Shown here in pieces: positions 50,653 through 60,615 of a DNA stretch of 64,000 nucleotides; position 1 is the first letter of the stretch; each line of letters begins with the position of its first letter. The notes under the pieces are model-generated. The model did no database searches. It worked only from the letters and a program-made list of their open reading frames with translations, and was not told the origin of the DNA. The stretch covers positions 384,001-448,000 of the forward strand of contig OZ242372.1 in assembly GCA_965209035.1 (NCBI GenBank). The letters run 5' to 3'. The stretch comes from Gammaproteobacteria bacterium (GTDB lineage Bacteria > Pseudomonadota > Gammaproteobacteria > CBDBNL01 > JAAOII01). Both the position numbers and the translations under genes were made by a program.

Positions 50653-52551
50653 ATGAACTATCAAGATATTTATCGCCGTTCTTTACAAGATCCGCTGTCT
50701 TTTTGGAAAGAGGCGGCCAAGGAATTGCATTGGCAAAAATTCCCTGAAAAAATACTGGACGCAAGTTCACCGCCTTTTTACAAATGGTATCCGGATGGCA
50801 AGATCAATATCTGTCAGAATGCCTTGGACCGCCATGCGGACGCAGGGCGCGGGAATGTCCCCGCCTTGATTTACGACAGCCCTGTGACAGATACCCAAGG
50901 CTCTTGGACATTTGCCGAACTGCGCGACGAGGTTGCTCTGTTGGCGGGTGTGCTTGCGGCAAACGGCGTCGGCAAGGGCGACCGGGTTGTCATCTACATG
51001 CCGATGATCCCCCAAGCGGTGATGGCGATGTTGGCATGTGCTCGGATCGGCGCCATTCATTCGGTTGTCTTTGGCGGCTTTGCCGCCGAGCAGTTGGCGC
51101 TTCGGCTGGATGACGCCAAAGCCAAACTGGTGCTTTCCGCCAGTTGCGGTATTGAGCCCGGTCGGATCGTCCGTTACAAACCTCTGCTGAACGAGGCGAT
51201 TTCTCTCTGCAAACACAAGCCCGAAAAGTGCCTTATATTTCAAAGACCGCAAGAACCGGCGGAACTGCATCCCGAGAGGGACCTGGATTGGTTGGCGGCT
51301 CTGAAAACAGCCACTCCCGCCGACTGCGCCGTCACCTCGGCGACAGACAATTTGTTTATTTTGTACACTTCCGGCACCACCGGGTTTCCCAAAGGTGTGG
51401 TGCATGACATAGGCGGCTATGCGGTTGCGCTTAAATGGACCATGTCCAACATCTATGGCGCCAAGCCGGGCGATGTTTACTGGACGGCTTCGGATGTCGG
51501 TTGGATTGTAGGCCATTCCTATATTGTTTATGCCCCGTTGCTGCAAGGCTGCACGACGGTCGTATACGAAGGCAAGCCGGTTGGCACACCCGATGCGGGC
51601 GCTTTTTGGCGAGTGCTTTCGCAGCACAAGGTTAAAACATTGTTCACCGCCCCAACCGCCCTGCGTGCAATCAAAAAAGAAGATCCCGAAGGCAACCTGG
51701 TTAAGAATTACGACCTGGGCAACTTTAAGTCCTTGTTTCTTGCCGGCGAGAGATGCGATCCGGATACCATCCGTTGGGCAAAAAATGCTCTCGGCGTGCC
51801 GGCGATTGATCACTGGTGGCAAACCGAAACCGGTTGGGCCATTACCGCCCTGCCGGCCGGATTGGATCCGGAACTGAAACAGTGGAAAGTTAAAGAAGGG
51901 TCCGCCGGCGTGCCTATGGTCGGTTATGATGTCCGGATTCTAAACAAGGAGGGGGACAGCCTGCCCGCCGATGCGCTCGGCGCGATTGCCGTGAAGTTAC
52001 CGCTGCCGCCCGGAACCTTTCCGGGTCTTTGGCAAAACGAGGAACGCTATTTGCAGCCTCTGCAAGTATTTGAAAACTATTACATGACCGGAGACGCCGG
52101 CTATACGGACAAAGGCGGATATGTGTATGTGATGAGTCGCACGGATGATATCATTAATGTTGCCGGACACCGTCTCTCCACGGGTCAAATGGAAGAGATT
52201 CTGACTTCGCACAGGGATGTCGCCGAGGCGGCTGTTTTTGGAGTGGCGGACGATATCAAGGGGCAGATCCCGCTCGGCCTTGTCATTAAGAACGCGGGTT
52301 CTCAGATCCGGGAAGACGAACTGACGACGGAACTTGTGCAGTTGGTGCGGGACAGGCTCGGACCTGTGGCCGCCTTCAAAGTCATTGGCGTTGTGCCTAG
52401 GTTACCCAAAACACGCTCCGGCAAAATTTTACGCGGGATTATGCGTAAACTGGCGAACGGAGAAGACTGGCAAGTACCCGCCACCATTGACGACCCCGCC
52501 ATACCGGAAGAAGTCCGGGGCGTGCTAAAAACACTCGGTTATCCGAAGTGA
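50653..52551 (+). CDS. prpE: Propionyl-CoA synthetase
   Basis: YTSGTTGFPKG, FLAGERCD, DHWWQTETG, VAGHRLST and PKTRSGKILR motifs. Confidence 0.88.
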   Translation: MNYQDIYRRSLQDPLSFWKEAAKELHWQKFPEKILDASSPPFYKWYPDGKINICQNALDRHADAGRGNVPALIYDSPVTDTQGSWTFAELRDEVALLAGVLAANGVGKGDRVVIYMPMIPQAVMAMLACARIGAIHSVVFGGFAAEQLALRLDDAKAKLVLSASCGIEPGRIVRYKPLLNEAISLCKHKPEKCLIFQRPQEPAELHPERDLDWLAALKTATPADCAVTSATDNLFILYTSGTTGFPKGVVHDIGGYAVALKWTMSNIYGAKPGDVYWTASDVGWIVGHSYIVYAPLLQGCTTVVYEGKPVGTPDAGAFWRVLSQHKVKTLFTAPTALRAIKKEDPEGNLVKNYDLGNFKSLFLAGERCDPDTIRWAKNALGVPAIDHWWQTETGWAITALPAGLDPELKQWKVKEGSAGVPMVGYDVRILNKEGDSLPADALGAIAVKLPLPPGTFPGLWQNEERYLQPLQVFENYYMTGDAGYTDKGGYVYVMSRTDDIINVAGHRLSTGQMEEILTSHRDVAEAAVFGVADDIKGQIPLGLVIKNAGSQIREDELTTELVQLVRDRLGPVAAFKVIGVVPRLPKTRSGKILRGIMRKLANGEDWQVPATIDDPAIPEEVRGVLKTLGYPK

Positions 52552-52638
52552 GCCGCGCACTCGCCGCGCACTCAATGAGTGCGGGAATGTTGTTTGCTGT
52601 TTGTTATTGTTCTTTTATTAAGCATTAAGAATTAAGCA

Positions 52639-53565
52639 TTAAGAAGCATCCCTTTTTATTTCGTCTTTCAATCCAACGGCTGCCAACAACTTTTTACGCT
52701 CGGCAACATTTAAAAGACGGGTAGTTCCGAATTTTAGATCCGCCGGTAAGAATACATTCGCATAACGGACACGAATCAGACGGCTCACCTTCACTCCCTG
52801 CGACTCCCATAAACGGCGAACCATTCGCTTGCGACCGGAACGCACGGTCACATAAAACCAACGATTGACCCCGCCCGATTGGCGTTTGGAAGGAACCAGG
52901 TCATCAAACTTTGCCATACCGTCTTCCAGCATGACACCTTGTCGGAGTTTCGCCTCCAAGCGTGCCAACACGGAGGGGCTTTGATTACCGGTCAGAACCC
53001 GCACCATATACTCTCTGTCTAACCGATACTTGGGATGCATCAATCGGTACGCCAATTCGCCGTTGTTCGTCCAAAGTAGCAAGCCTTCGCTATTGATATC
53101 CAGTCGTCCAACTTGAAGCCAGTGTTGGTCTTCCGGCAAGTCACGAAAAACACTGCGGCTGCCCGCCGAAGCGACAGAGGCACATATTTTGCCGGGCGGT
53201 TTATGATACATCAACACCCGAATATCCGAACCGACTTTTGGGGCCCGCCCGAACCCCGGGATGACGGGAGATTCGGCGGTCGGGGATTTCCATTCAAGTT
53301 TTGCGGTTTCCGGGATCCCGTGTCCCGCATAAGGGACTTCCCGGCCGTCGGCCAGAATACCGGTTTTTTCTATCATGGCCTCCGCCCAGCGACGCGACCG
53401 GCGCGTCCGCAAAGCAAGAAGTTTTGCAGCCGGGATAGTCGCCGTCTCTGTCTCATCCGAGCCGTGCCGGCGCTCCTTGCGCTCCTTGCCTTTCCCGGTT
53501 TCGGGGCTGCGGGCGGACGGGCGCGGGCTAATCTTTCTTTTTTTGTGTATCCGCTCTGTTGGCAT
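52639..53565 (-). CDS. rluB: 23S rRNA pseudouridine synthase (RluB-like)
   Basis: YHKPPG, VGRLDINSEGLLL and LMHP...REY.VRV motifs; scpA-scpB-rluB synteny. Confidence 0.88.
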   Translation of the reverse strand: MPTERIHKKRKISPRPSARSPETGKGKERKERRHGSDETETATIPAAKLLALRTRRSRRWAEAMIEKTGILADGREVPYAGHGIPETAKLEWKSPTAESPVIPGFGRAPKVGSDIRVLMYHKPPGKICASVASAGSRSVFRDLPEDQHWLQVGRLDINSEGLLLWTNNGELAYRLMHPKYRLDREYMVRVLTGNQSPSVLARLEAKLRQGVMLEDGMAKFDDLVPSKRQSGGVNRWFYVTVRSGRKRMVRRLWESQGVKVSRLIRVRYANVFLPADLKFGTTRLLNVAERKKLLAAVGLKDEIKRDAS

Positions 53566-54226
53566 CGGGTAAAGGAGGCAACTGACTTAGGTTTTTCAAA
53601 TTGAAACTGTCCAGAAATGTTTTTGTTGTCCCCCAAACAGCGGGACGGCCGGGGACCTGTTTGTGGCCGATGATTTTAATCCATTCGTGTTCTTGCAGAC
53701 TTCGCATGATATTAGCACTCAGGGTCAGGCCGCGCAGTTCTTCTATTTCCGCTTTGGTGACGGGTTGCTTATAAGCGATAATCGCCAGGGTCTCCATCAT
53801 GGCGGCACTGTATCTTGGCGGTGTGTCTTCCGCCATTCTGCGGACACGCGCCGCATAGGCGCCTTCTGTGTGAAACCGATAGCCGCTCGCCGTCTTCTTC
53901 AACACCAGGGCGCCGTGCGCGTATTTCTTTTCCAGTTCCCGCAACGCGACCTTAATGCCATCTGTTTGATATTTGTCCGCAAAGAGTTCGTTAATGCGAC
54001 TCACACTCATCGGTGCGCCAGCCGCCAGCAATGCGGAAAACAGGTCTTCGGCCAGTCCAAATAAAGGGGCGTCTCCCGGTGATGCTGTCTTCGCCATCTT
54101 GACTGACTTGACTTTCTTGCGTGCCTTGGTTGTGGCGGGGGCGGAGGATGGGGGCTTGGCCGGGGCTGCCTCTTTTTCTTCCTTAACTGTAACTGTCACT
54201 GTTTCTTTAATAACTTCTTTGTTCAT
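53528..54226 (-). CDS. scpB: SMC-Scp complex subunit ScpB
   Basis: ETLAIIAYKQPVT..EIE..RG and PGRP..WGTT..FL..F.L..L..LP motifs. Confidence 0.93.
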   Translation of the reverse strand: MNKEVIKETVTVTVKEEKEAAPAKPPSSAPATTKARKKVKSVKMAKTASPGDAPLFGLAEDLFSALLAAGAPMSVSRINELFADKYQTDGIKVALRELEKKYAHGALVLKKTASGYRFHTEGAYAARVRRMAEDTPPRYSAAMMETLAIIAYKQPVTKAEIEELRGLTLSANIMRSLQEHEWIKIIGHKQVPGRPAVWGTTKTFLDSFNLKNLSQLPPLPDANRADTQKKKD

Positions 54227-54233
54227 CTGTCAA

Positions 54234-55145
54234 TCATCGCGATCCGGTTTGGTTGGCAACAGATGCCGTCTCCGAAGATGGGTCGGCAGCCGAACACGCC
54301 CGAACATAAATGGGCGCATACAAGGCTTCCTGCCGAATGTCCGCCAGTCCTTCTTTAATCAGTTGCATAAGAGCGGTGAACGAAACCACCGCACCGGCTT
54401 TTTTTTCTTTCAGCGTCCAAAATGCGGCAAAAGGTACATACCCATCATTCGTATTCAGTTGGCCGGCAAGACTGAGTTTATCCAAAATCAGTGCCATCCT
54501 TTCGCGTGTGGAAAGTTCTTCCAAACGCACCTCATAGGGTCGTTTGACGCTCTTGCGTTTCAACACATTCGCCAAAGATTTTGCCAATTTGCGCGGATCC
54601 AAAACAGTTTTCGGCGCTTTCACCGGGGAAGGAGATTTTGAAAGTGCGACCGGCAGATACGGAACAAACAGATCCCGGTCCAGGCGCGGCATTTGGCTCA
54701 AACTCAAAGACGCCTGTTGAATTACCTCATATGCCCTAATTTTCTCCGCCAATAACTCGGCGGACATCGCACCCTCTTCGTCATCCGCAATATCCGCTAC
54801 CAACAAAGCGCGCGACTTAATCTCCACCAGAACCGAAGCCATCACCAGATACTCGGCGGCAAGATCCATCTTGAATTGTTTCATTAGGCGGATGTATTCC
54901 AGATATTGGTTTGCCACCTCGGCAATGTTCACCGCTTCAATGTCCATATTGCGTTTGCGAATTAAAAAAAGGAGAATATCCAGCGGCCCGCTAAACTCTT
55001 GCAGAAATATTTCAAGGGCATCCGGCGGGATAAACAGATTTTCCGGCAACGGAAACTTGCCTGTGCCCATCACATAGGTTGCATCCGCCGCCGCGGGCGG
55101 AGATTCCGGTTGTGCGGATTTCTTATCTTTATTGTTATTGTTCAC
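54234..55145 (-). CDS. scpA: Segregation/condensation protein ScpA
   Basis: LFIPPDALEIFL..FSGPLDILLFLI and AAEYLVMA..L.EIKSR motifs. Confidence 0.93.
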   Translation of the reverse strand: MNNNNKDKKSAQPESPPAAADATYVMGTGKFPLPENLFIPPDALEIFLQEFSGPLDILLFLIRKRNMDIEAVNIAEVANQYLEYIRLMKQFKMDLAAEYLVMASVLVEIKSRALLVADIADDEEGAMSAELLAEKIRAYEVIQQASLSLSQMPRLDRDLFVPYLPVALSKSPSPVKAPKTVLDPRKLAKSLANVLKRKSVKRPYEVRLEELSTRERMALILDKLSLAGQLNTNDGYVPFAAFWTLKEKKAGAVVSFTALMQLIKEGLADIRQEALYAPIYVRACSAADPSSETASVANQTGSR

Positions 55146-55183
55146 AAATAAAAGCCCTCGAATTGCGGGTTCTCTTCTCGTTT

Positions 55184-55228
55184 ATTTAAGGGATTTAAGG
55201 GATTTAAGGGATTTAAGGACTTCAAGGG
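55184..55228. repeat. 9-nt tandem repeat (ATTTAAGGG)x~5 in the divergent scpA/dsbD promoter region
   Basis: Three perfect and two degenerate units. Confidence 0.9.
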
Positions 55229-55276
55229 TTTTGCCGAGGCGGACGGGAATCGCAAATGTTCATATAATAACATCTT

Positions 55277-56995
55277 ATGCGGGTGTTACTTTCTTTTTTT
55301 CTCTTTTTCTCGCTCTCACTCGCCGCCGCGGAAAATGATTACGGCACCGACCCGGAAACATCTCTCGGCAAACCTTTCAAAGCGGACAAGGCATTTGTCC
55401 TCACCGGCGAGCAAATTGACGAGAACACCTATTTTCTGCGTTGGCAAATTGCGGACAACTATTATTTATACCAAAAAAAGTTTGCGGTGCGGGACAGTGA
55501 CATGCCCGTGTCTTTGGAGTTGAGTGACAATCATGTCCCCCACGCGGACATCTTTCTGGGCGAAGGAAATGTTTACTATCAGTTCACCGATGCCTATTTG
55601 AAGTTAACCCGGCCGCCGCAAAATCTCATCATCACTTACCAGGGGTGTTGGGAAGGCGGTATCTGTTATCCTGTGCAACACAAACGCCTCGTTGTCGGCA
55701 CGACGCTGTCTTTCGTGTCCGTGGAAGCCGAAGACCCGGACACACAGCCGGCTGACCGGGCATCGCCGGCGACACAAGGCTACAACTATTATGCCCAACA
55801 GATCCGGCGGGCGGCACCCGTCTGGGTCCTCCTACTCTTTTTTCTGGCGGGCATCGGTCTCACTTTCACGCCCTGTGTTCTGCCGATGCTCCCCATCGTC
55901 AGCGGCATCATCACCAATGACCCGGGGAATCGCCCTTCCCACAGAACCCGTTTGGCATTGGTTTATATGCTGAGTATGGCAAGCGTGTTTAGCGTCTTCG
56001 GGCTGCTCAGCGGCTGGATCGGTTACGGTCTGCGGCAGGCCATGGCATCTCCGCCCGTTCTCATCTTTTTGGCATTATTGATCTCTTTGCTCGGGGTTTC
56101 ACTCATTAAACCAACCGGTTTCATGCGCCTGCCCGGCTCCTTGGCTCTCACCCAAAAAGCGAACTCCGTTCTCAATATGACCGCCGGCACCTATACGGGA
56201 GCGGCCCTGTGGGGTGCCTTGTCGCCCTTGGTGGTCGGCACTTGTCTGTCGGCGCCCCTTGCCGCCGCGCTGATCTACTTGGCGGAACAAGGTAATCCGC
56301 TCTTCGGCGCCGCATCCTTGTTTTTTCTTGCGTTGGGTATGGGCATTCCTCTGCTTCTGTTCGCACTCGGTTTCGGTTATGTGATGCCCAAAAGCGGTCC
56401 CTGGCTGACAAAAATCAAAAGCCTGTTTGCCTTGCTTCTTTTCGCTTTGGCTGTCTTCATTCTTTCCCCGCTTCTCCCGACTGCGGTTGAAATTGCCCTG
56501 TATAGTTTCTTTGCCCTGACCGCGATCTGTATGTTTCTCTTGCCACTCAGACCAACCCTTGTCGCCGCCTGTTTTCTTGCTGCCTTAATGACGGGCTTTG
56601 GATATCACTTTTTCCCGAAGGGGGATCCTCTGTCAAAGTTTACCGAAGTCAGCGACTATGCAGTCTTCAAAGACAAACTGCAAGAATTCGGCAAAAGCGG
56701 CAAGCCGACTCTCGTTTACTACTCTGCCGAATGGTGCATCACTTGCAAAGAATTGGAATGGAATGTATTTGGCGGCAACGAGCAACTGGCGGAAGACCTC
56801 AATGCGATAAACTTACTCAAAGCGGATGTGACGAAAAACAATGCCGACAGCCGACAACTTCTGGCACACTTTGATGTCCTGGGGCCGCCGAGCATTTACT
56901 TCATAGACAAACAAGGTATGTACAGACCGGAAATGACTCTGGTCGGCAATTTCTCGCCCAAAACCCTCAAAACCCTTTTACAAGACTTGCAATAG
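55277..56995 (+). CDS. dsbD: Thiol:disulfide interchange protein DsbD
   Basis: YQGC...ICYP, FTPCVLPMLP, C.SAPL and AEWCITCK motifs. Confidence 0.95.
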   Translation: MRVLLSFFLFFSLSLAAAENDYGTDPETSLGKPFKADKAFVLTGEQIDENTYFLRWQIADNYYLYQKKFAVRDSDMPVSLELSDNHVPHADIFLGEGNVYYQFTDAYLKLTRPPQNLIITYQGCWEGGICYPVQHKRLVVGTTLSFVSVEAEDPDTQPADRASPATQGYNYYAQQIRRAAPVWVLLLFFLAGIGLTFTPCVLPMLPIVSGIITNDPGNRPSHRTRLALVYMLSMASVFSVFGLLSGWIGYGLRQAMASPPVLIFLALLISLLGVSLIKPTGFMRLPGSLALTQKANSVLNMTAGTYTGAALWGALSPLVVGTCLSAPLAAALIYLAEQGNPLFGAASLFFLALGMGIPLLLFALGFGYVMPKSGPWLTKIKSLFALLLFALAVFILSPLLPTAVEIALYSFFALTAICMFLLPLRPTLVAACFLAALMTGFGYHFFPKGDPLSKFTEVSDYAVFKDKLQEFGKSGKPTLVYYSAEWCITCKELEWNVFGGNEQLAEDLNAINLLKADVTKNNADSRQLLAHFDVLGPPSIYFIDKQGMYRPEMTLVGNFSPKTLKTLLQDLQ

Positions 56996-57147
56996 GTTGC
57001 TGTTTTTCTTTTAAGTTAAGTAAGATTAACATCATCCGCATCGGCGACCCGAACCGCTAAAACACCTAAAACACCCGAAACATCCAAAATACCGGAACTC
57101 TACTTTACCCCGCCTCAGCCCAGCCCCATCACCCACTCGCCACCAAA

Positions 57148-60100
57148 ATGACATCTGATTCGTTAACCATTTATCGGGCAAGATGCCTGCTAAAAAAAGA
57201 GCCGACAGCAAAAATTCTTTTGGTCGCGGATAACGCCCGCCAACTGCACGCATACGAACGGCTGCTGCGATTCTTTCTGCCACAGGACCCACAGGTCCCA
57301 CACCTCCCCGGAGAAAACTCCAAAAAAGTGATTGTCTTTCCGGATCACGAAACACTGCCATACGATGTTCTTTCACCGCCGCCCGGCATCATCTCGGCGC
57401 GTATCGGCGGCTTTTATCGCCTTCTCAACGATGACTATGACCTTTTGGCAGTCACCATAGACACCCTCATCCGGCGAACCGCACCCGTCTCCCATTTTAT
57501 TTCGTTGGGACTATCCGTCCGCAAGGGGATGGAAATTGCGCGTGAAACTTTTATTCGCCGCCTGGCGGAAAGCGGTTACGAACTCTGCGATCGGGTGCGA
57601 GTGGCGGGGCAATATGCGGTGCGCGGTTCTTTGTTGGATCTGTTTCCAAGCAGTGCCCTCTTTCCCTACCGCCTGGATTGGTTTGATAACAAAATAGAAT
57701 CTATTCGCAGTTTCTCGCCGCAGGACCAACGCAGTCTGGAAGACATTGACACGGTCAACCTGGGACCGCCGAACGAGTTCCCGCTAACCCCGGCAGCCAG
57801 ACAAACATTTGTGCATAACTGGCAGCAGCGCTTCAGCGGCGAAGCCAGGCGAACTCCTTTTTACAAGAAGTTCAAACTCGGCGGTCTGCCCGGCGGCGCC
57901 GAGTCTTATTTGCCTCTGTTTTTTGCCCCGCAAAAATGCCAAAGTTTGTTTGACTATATGGAAGGTTCGCCGAAAAAGAAGATCTTCTTATTAAACACCC
58001 CGGATACAAACAAACTGGCGCGGCAGTCCCGCGCTTACGCAACCGAAAGATATCGCGAACAACGCAAGTGCAACCCGGAGAGTATCTTGCCGGTGCAAGA
58101 ACTCTATCTAACCGATGCCGAATACCAAAACGCCATTGCAAACTACGCGCCGTTTCCATCGGCACGGAACGACCAGCCAAAATTGGCATCACCCGATTTG
58201 AAAGAAACAAACGACCGCGACACGACTGCTATGCGGGCGGAACAGCTCAAACACAGCATACGGGCGGGCGAGCGGATGCTCCTCACCCTGAACTCGCCCG
58301 AGAAGTTCGAACTCCTCAAAGAGGAATTAAAAACTCTCAACTATCGGCAGTTGGACGATTGGGATGCGTTTGAGGCGGGAAGCCATCCGCTCTGTTTGAT
58401 GCGCGCCGACATCATCGGCGGTCTTCGCAACCTCTCGGACAAATGGACCCTTCTCACGGAAAGCGACCTGTTTGCCGACGCGCCGGTCAATTACTCCGAC
58501 GAAGCAACGGAAAATGTGCATCATAAAAACTTGAATGCCCTAATTGATGATCTGACACAAATTCGCCCCGGCGACCTTCTCGTGCATCTGGACCATGGGG
58601 TGGGTGTGTTTCGGGAACTCAAGCCGCTGAACTCGGGCGGAGTGATGCAAGAGTTTTTATCTTTGGAATATGCGGACAATACCACCTTGTACATTCCCGC
58701 CAACAACCTTCATCTCATCCTGCGCTATACGGGCATAGACGGCAAGGACCGAGAACCGGACAAACTGGGCGGGGTCAAATGGCGGCGACAATCGGCCGCC
58801 GCTATGAAGCGGATAGCGGATACGGCCGCCGAGTTGTTGTCTCTTTATGCCGCAAGATCGGCGCGCCCGGGAATGCGGACCGCCAAACCGGACAAGGACT
58901 ATTTCAAGTTTGCCGCCGCCTTTCCTTACACGGAAACGCCGGATCAGAAGGCGGCCATAGAAAGTGTGATTAAAGATATGGAAAATGAAAAGAGTATGGA
59001 CCGGCTGGTTTGCGGCGATGTGGGATTTGGCAAAACCGAAGTTGCCATGCGGGCATCTTACCTGGCGGCCGCACTCGGATATCAAGTTGCCCTGCTCGTA
59101 CCGACCACTTTGTTGGCAAACCAGCATCTGGAAAGTTTCAAAAACAGGTTTGCGGAAACCGCGGTTAAAATAGCATCTCTGACAAGGTTCAGCGGCGGCC
59201 AAGCAAATACCCTGCGAGAAGATTTTGCCAACGGAAAATACGATATCGTCATAGGCACGCATGCCCTGCTCGGCGACCGTATCAAGTTTAAGAATTTGGG
59301 GTTATTAATCATTGACGAAGAACATCGCTTCGGTGTTCGGCAAAAAGAGAAAATCAAACAACTGCGTGTCAACCTGGATGTGCTGTCCTTAACCGCAACC
59401 CCCATACCGCGCACCCTGAACATGGCAATTTCCGGTCTGCGCGATATCTCGCTCATCGCCTCGCCGCCCAAAGACCGTCTGGCGGTAAAGACCTTTGTGG
59501 TGCCCTATAACGAAGAACTGCGTCGGGATGCCATTAAAAGAGAACTGAGACGCGGCGGTCAGGTTTACTATGTTTACAACCGCATTCCGCGCGTCAAAGA
59601 AACGGTTGCCGAATTGCAAAAAATCTTTCCGGATACGGTCTGTGCCGCCATTTACGGCGGCATGCCCAAAAAAGATATGGAAAGCATTATGAATCATTTC
59701 TACAACAACCGGATCGGCATACTGGTATGCACCACCATCATTGAAAACGGCATAGATGTCCCCAATGCCAACACGATGATCCTGGAACGGGCGGACAGGT
59801 TCGGACTGGCACAATTGCATCAGTTGCGCGGGCGAATTGGCAGAAGAGAGCATCAGGCATACGCTTACCTGATGACCGAAGGAATGCCAACGGCATCCGG
59901 CCGCGACCGATTAAATGCCCTGGCATCGGCACAGGAACTGGGGGTGGGTTTCACTCTTGCCGCCTATGATATGCGCATACGCGGTGTCGGCGACATTCTG
60001 AGCGCGGAGCAAAGCGGCGATGTTCAAAAGATTGGAATGGACCTTTACAGCAAACTCTTGGAAAGTGCCATCCGCAATATGCGACTCGGGAAAAATGTAG

Positions 60101-60615
60101 AACACGAAAATCTTTTACAAAGCACGGAAACGGGTGTCGATGTCGCTATCAGTGCCCTGCTGCCGGAAGACTATGTCCGCAGCCCTTACGAAAGGCTTAA
60201 TTTTTACCGCAGACTGGCGGATGCCACGGGCAGGGAAATGCAACAACTGCCGGAAGAATTGACCGACAGGTTTGGACCCTTGCCGGCCGAGACGGAAAAC
60301 CTCTTCGCTCTGCAAAAAATTAAAATGCGGGCAAAAAAACTGGAAGTCCGACACATCAAAATGAATCGCGGCGGCGGCTATCTGGAATTATCCCCCGGTT
60401 CGGCGGCGGCCGCAAGATGCGAAGAGACTCTGCGATCGCGGGCGGATATCGCGGATACCCCCTACGCATACGAAAATCACAGACTAAGAATACGCAAAGG
60501 ATTTACAACAGATGTCGAGTGTATTCGTCTTATTAAGGATGCACTGAGTGTTTTGGCGGATGCCCGGGAATCCGGAACATCCGCTTCGCCCAACCGGCGA
60601 CAGCTGCGCGCTTAG
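57148..60615 (+). CDS. mfd: Transcription-repair coupling factor
   Basis: ETLPYD, VHLDHGVG, CGDVGFGKTE, IDEEHRFG, TATPIPRT and QLHQLRGRIGR motifs. Confidence 0.97.
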   Translation: MTSDSLTIYRARCLLKKEPTAKILLVADNARQLHAYERLLRFFLPQDPQVPHLPGENSKKVIVFPDHETLPYDVLSPPPGIISARIGGFYRLLNDDYDLLAVTIDTLIRRTAPVSHFISLGLSVRKGMEIARETFIRRLAESGYELCDRVRVAGQYAVRGSLLDLFPSSALFPYRLDWFDNKIESIRSFSPQDQRSLEDIDTVNLGPPNEFPLTPAARQTFVHNWQQRFSGEARRTPFYKKFKLGGLPGGAESYLPLFFAPQKCQSLFDYMEGSPKKKIFLLNTPDTNKLARQSRAYATERYREQRKCNPESILPVQELYLTDAEYQNAIANYAPFPSARNDQPKLASPDLKETNDRDTTAMRAEQLKHSIRAGERMLLTLNSPEKFELLKEELKTLNYRQLDDWDAFEAGSHPLCLMRADIIGGLRNLSDKWTLLTESDLFADAPVNYSDEATENVHHKNLNALIDDLTQIRPGDLLVHLDHGVGVFRELKPLNSGGVMQEFLSLEYADNTTLYIPANNLHLILRYTGIDGKDREPDKLGGVKWRRQSAAAMKRIADTAAELLSLYAARSARPGMRTAKPDKDYFKFAAAFPYTETPDQKAAIESVIKDMENEKSMDRLVCGDVGFGKTEVAMRASYLAAALGYQVALLVPTTLLANQHLESFKNRFAETAVKIASLTRFSGGQANTLREDFANGKYDIVIGTHALLGDRIKFKNLGLLIIDEEHRFGVRQKEKIKQLRVNLDVLSLTATPIPRTLNMAISGLRDISLIASPPKDRLAVKTFVVPYNEELRRDAIKRELRRGGQVYYVYNRIPRVKETVAELQKIFPDTVCAAIYGGMPKKDMESIMNHFYNNRIGILVCTTIIENGIDVPNANTMILERADRFGLAQLHQLRGRIGRREHQAYAYLMTEGMPTASGRDRLNALASAQELGVGFTLAAYDMRIRGVGDILSAEQSGDVQKIGMDLYSKLLESAIRNMRLGKNVEHENLLQSTETGVDVAISALLPEDYVRSPYERLNFYRRLADATGREMQQLPEELTDRFGPLPAETENLFALQKIKMRAKKLEVRHIKMNRGGGYLELSPGSAAAARCEETLRSRADIADTPYAYENHRLRIRKGFTTDVECIRLIKDALSVLADARESGTSASPNRRQLRA

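Noticed and set aside
50767-51822. 351-aa minus ORF, and likewise the 343-aa plus ORF at 62732-63763
   Set aside because: Antisense shadows of prpE and gltA.
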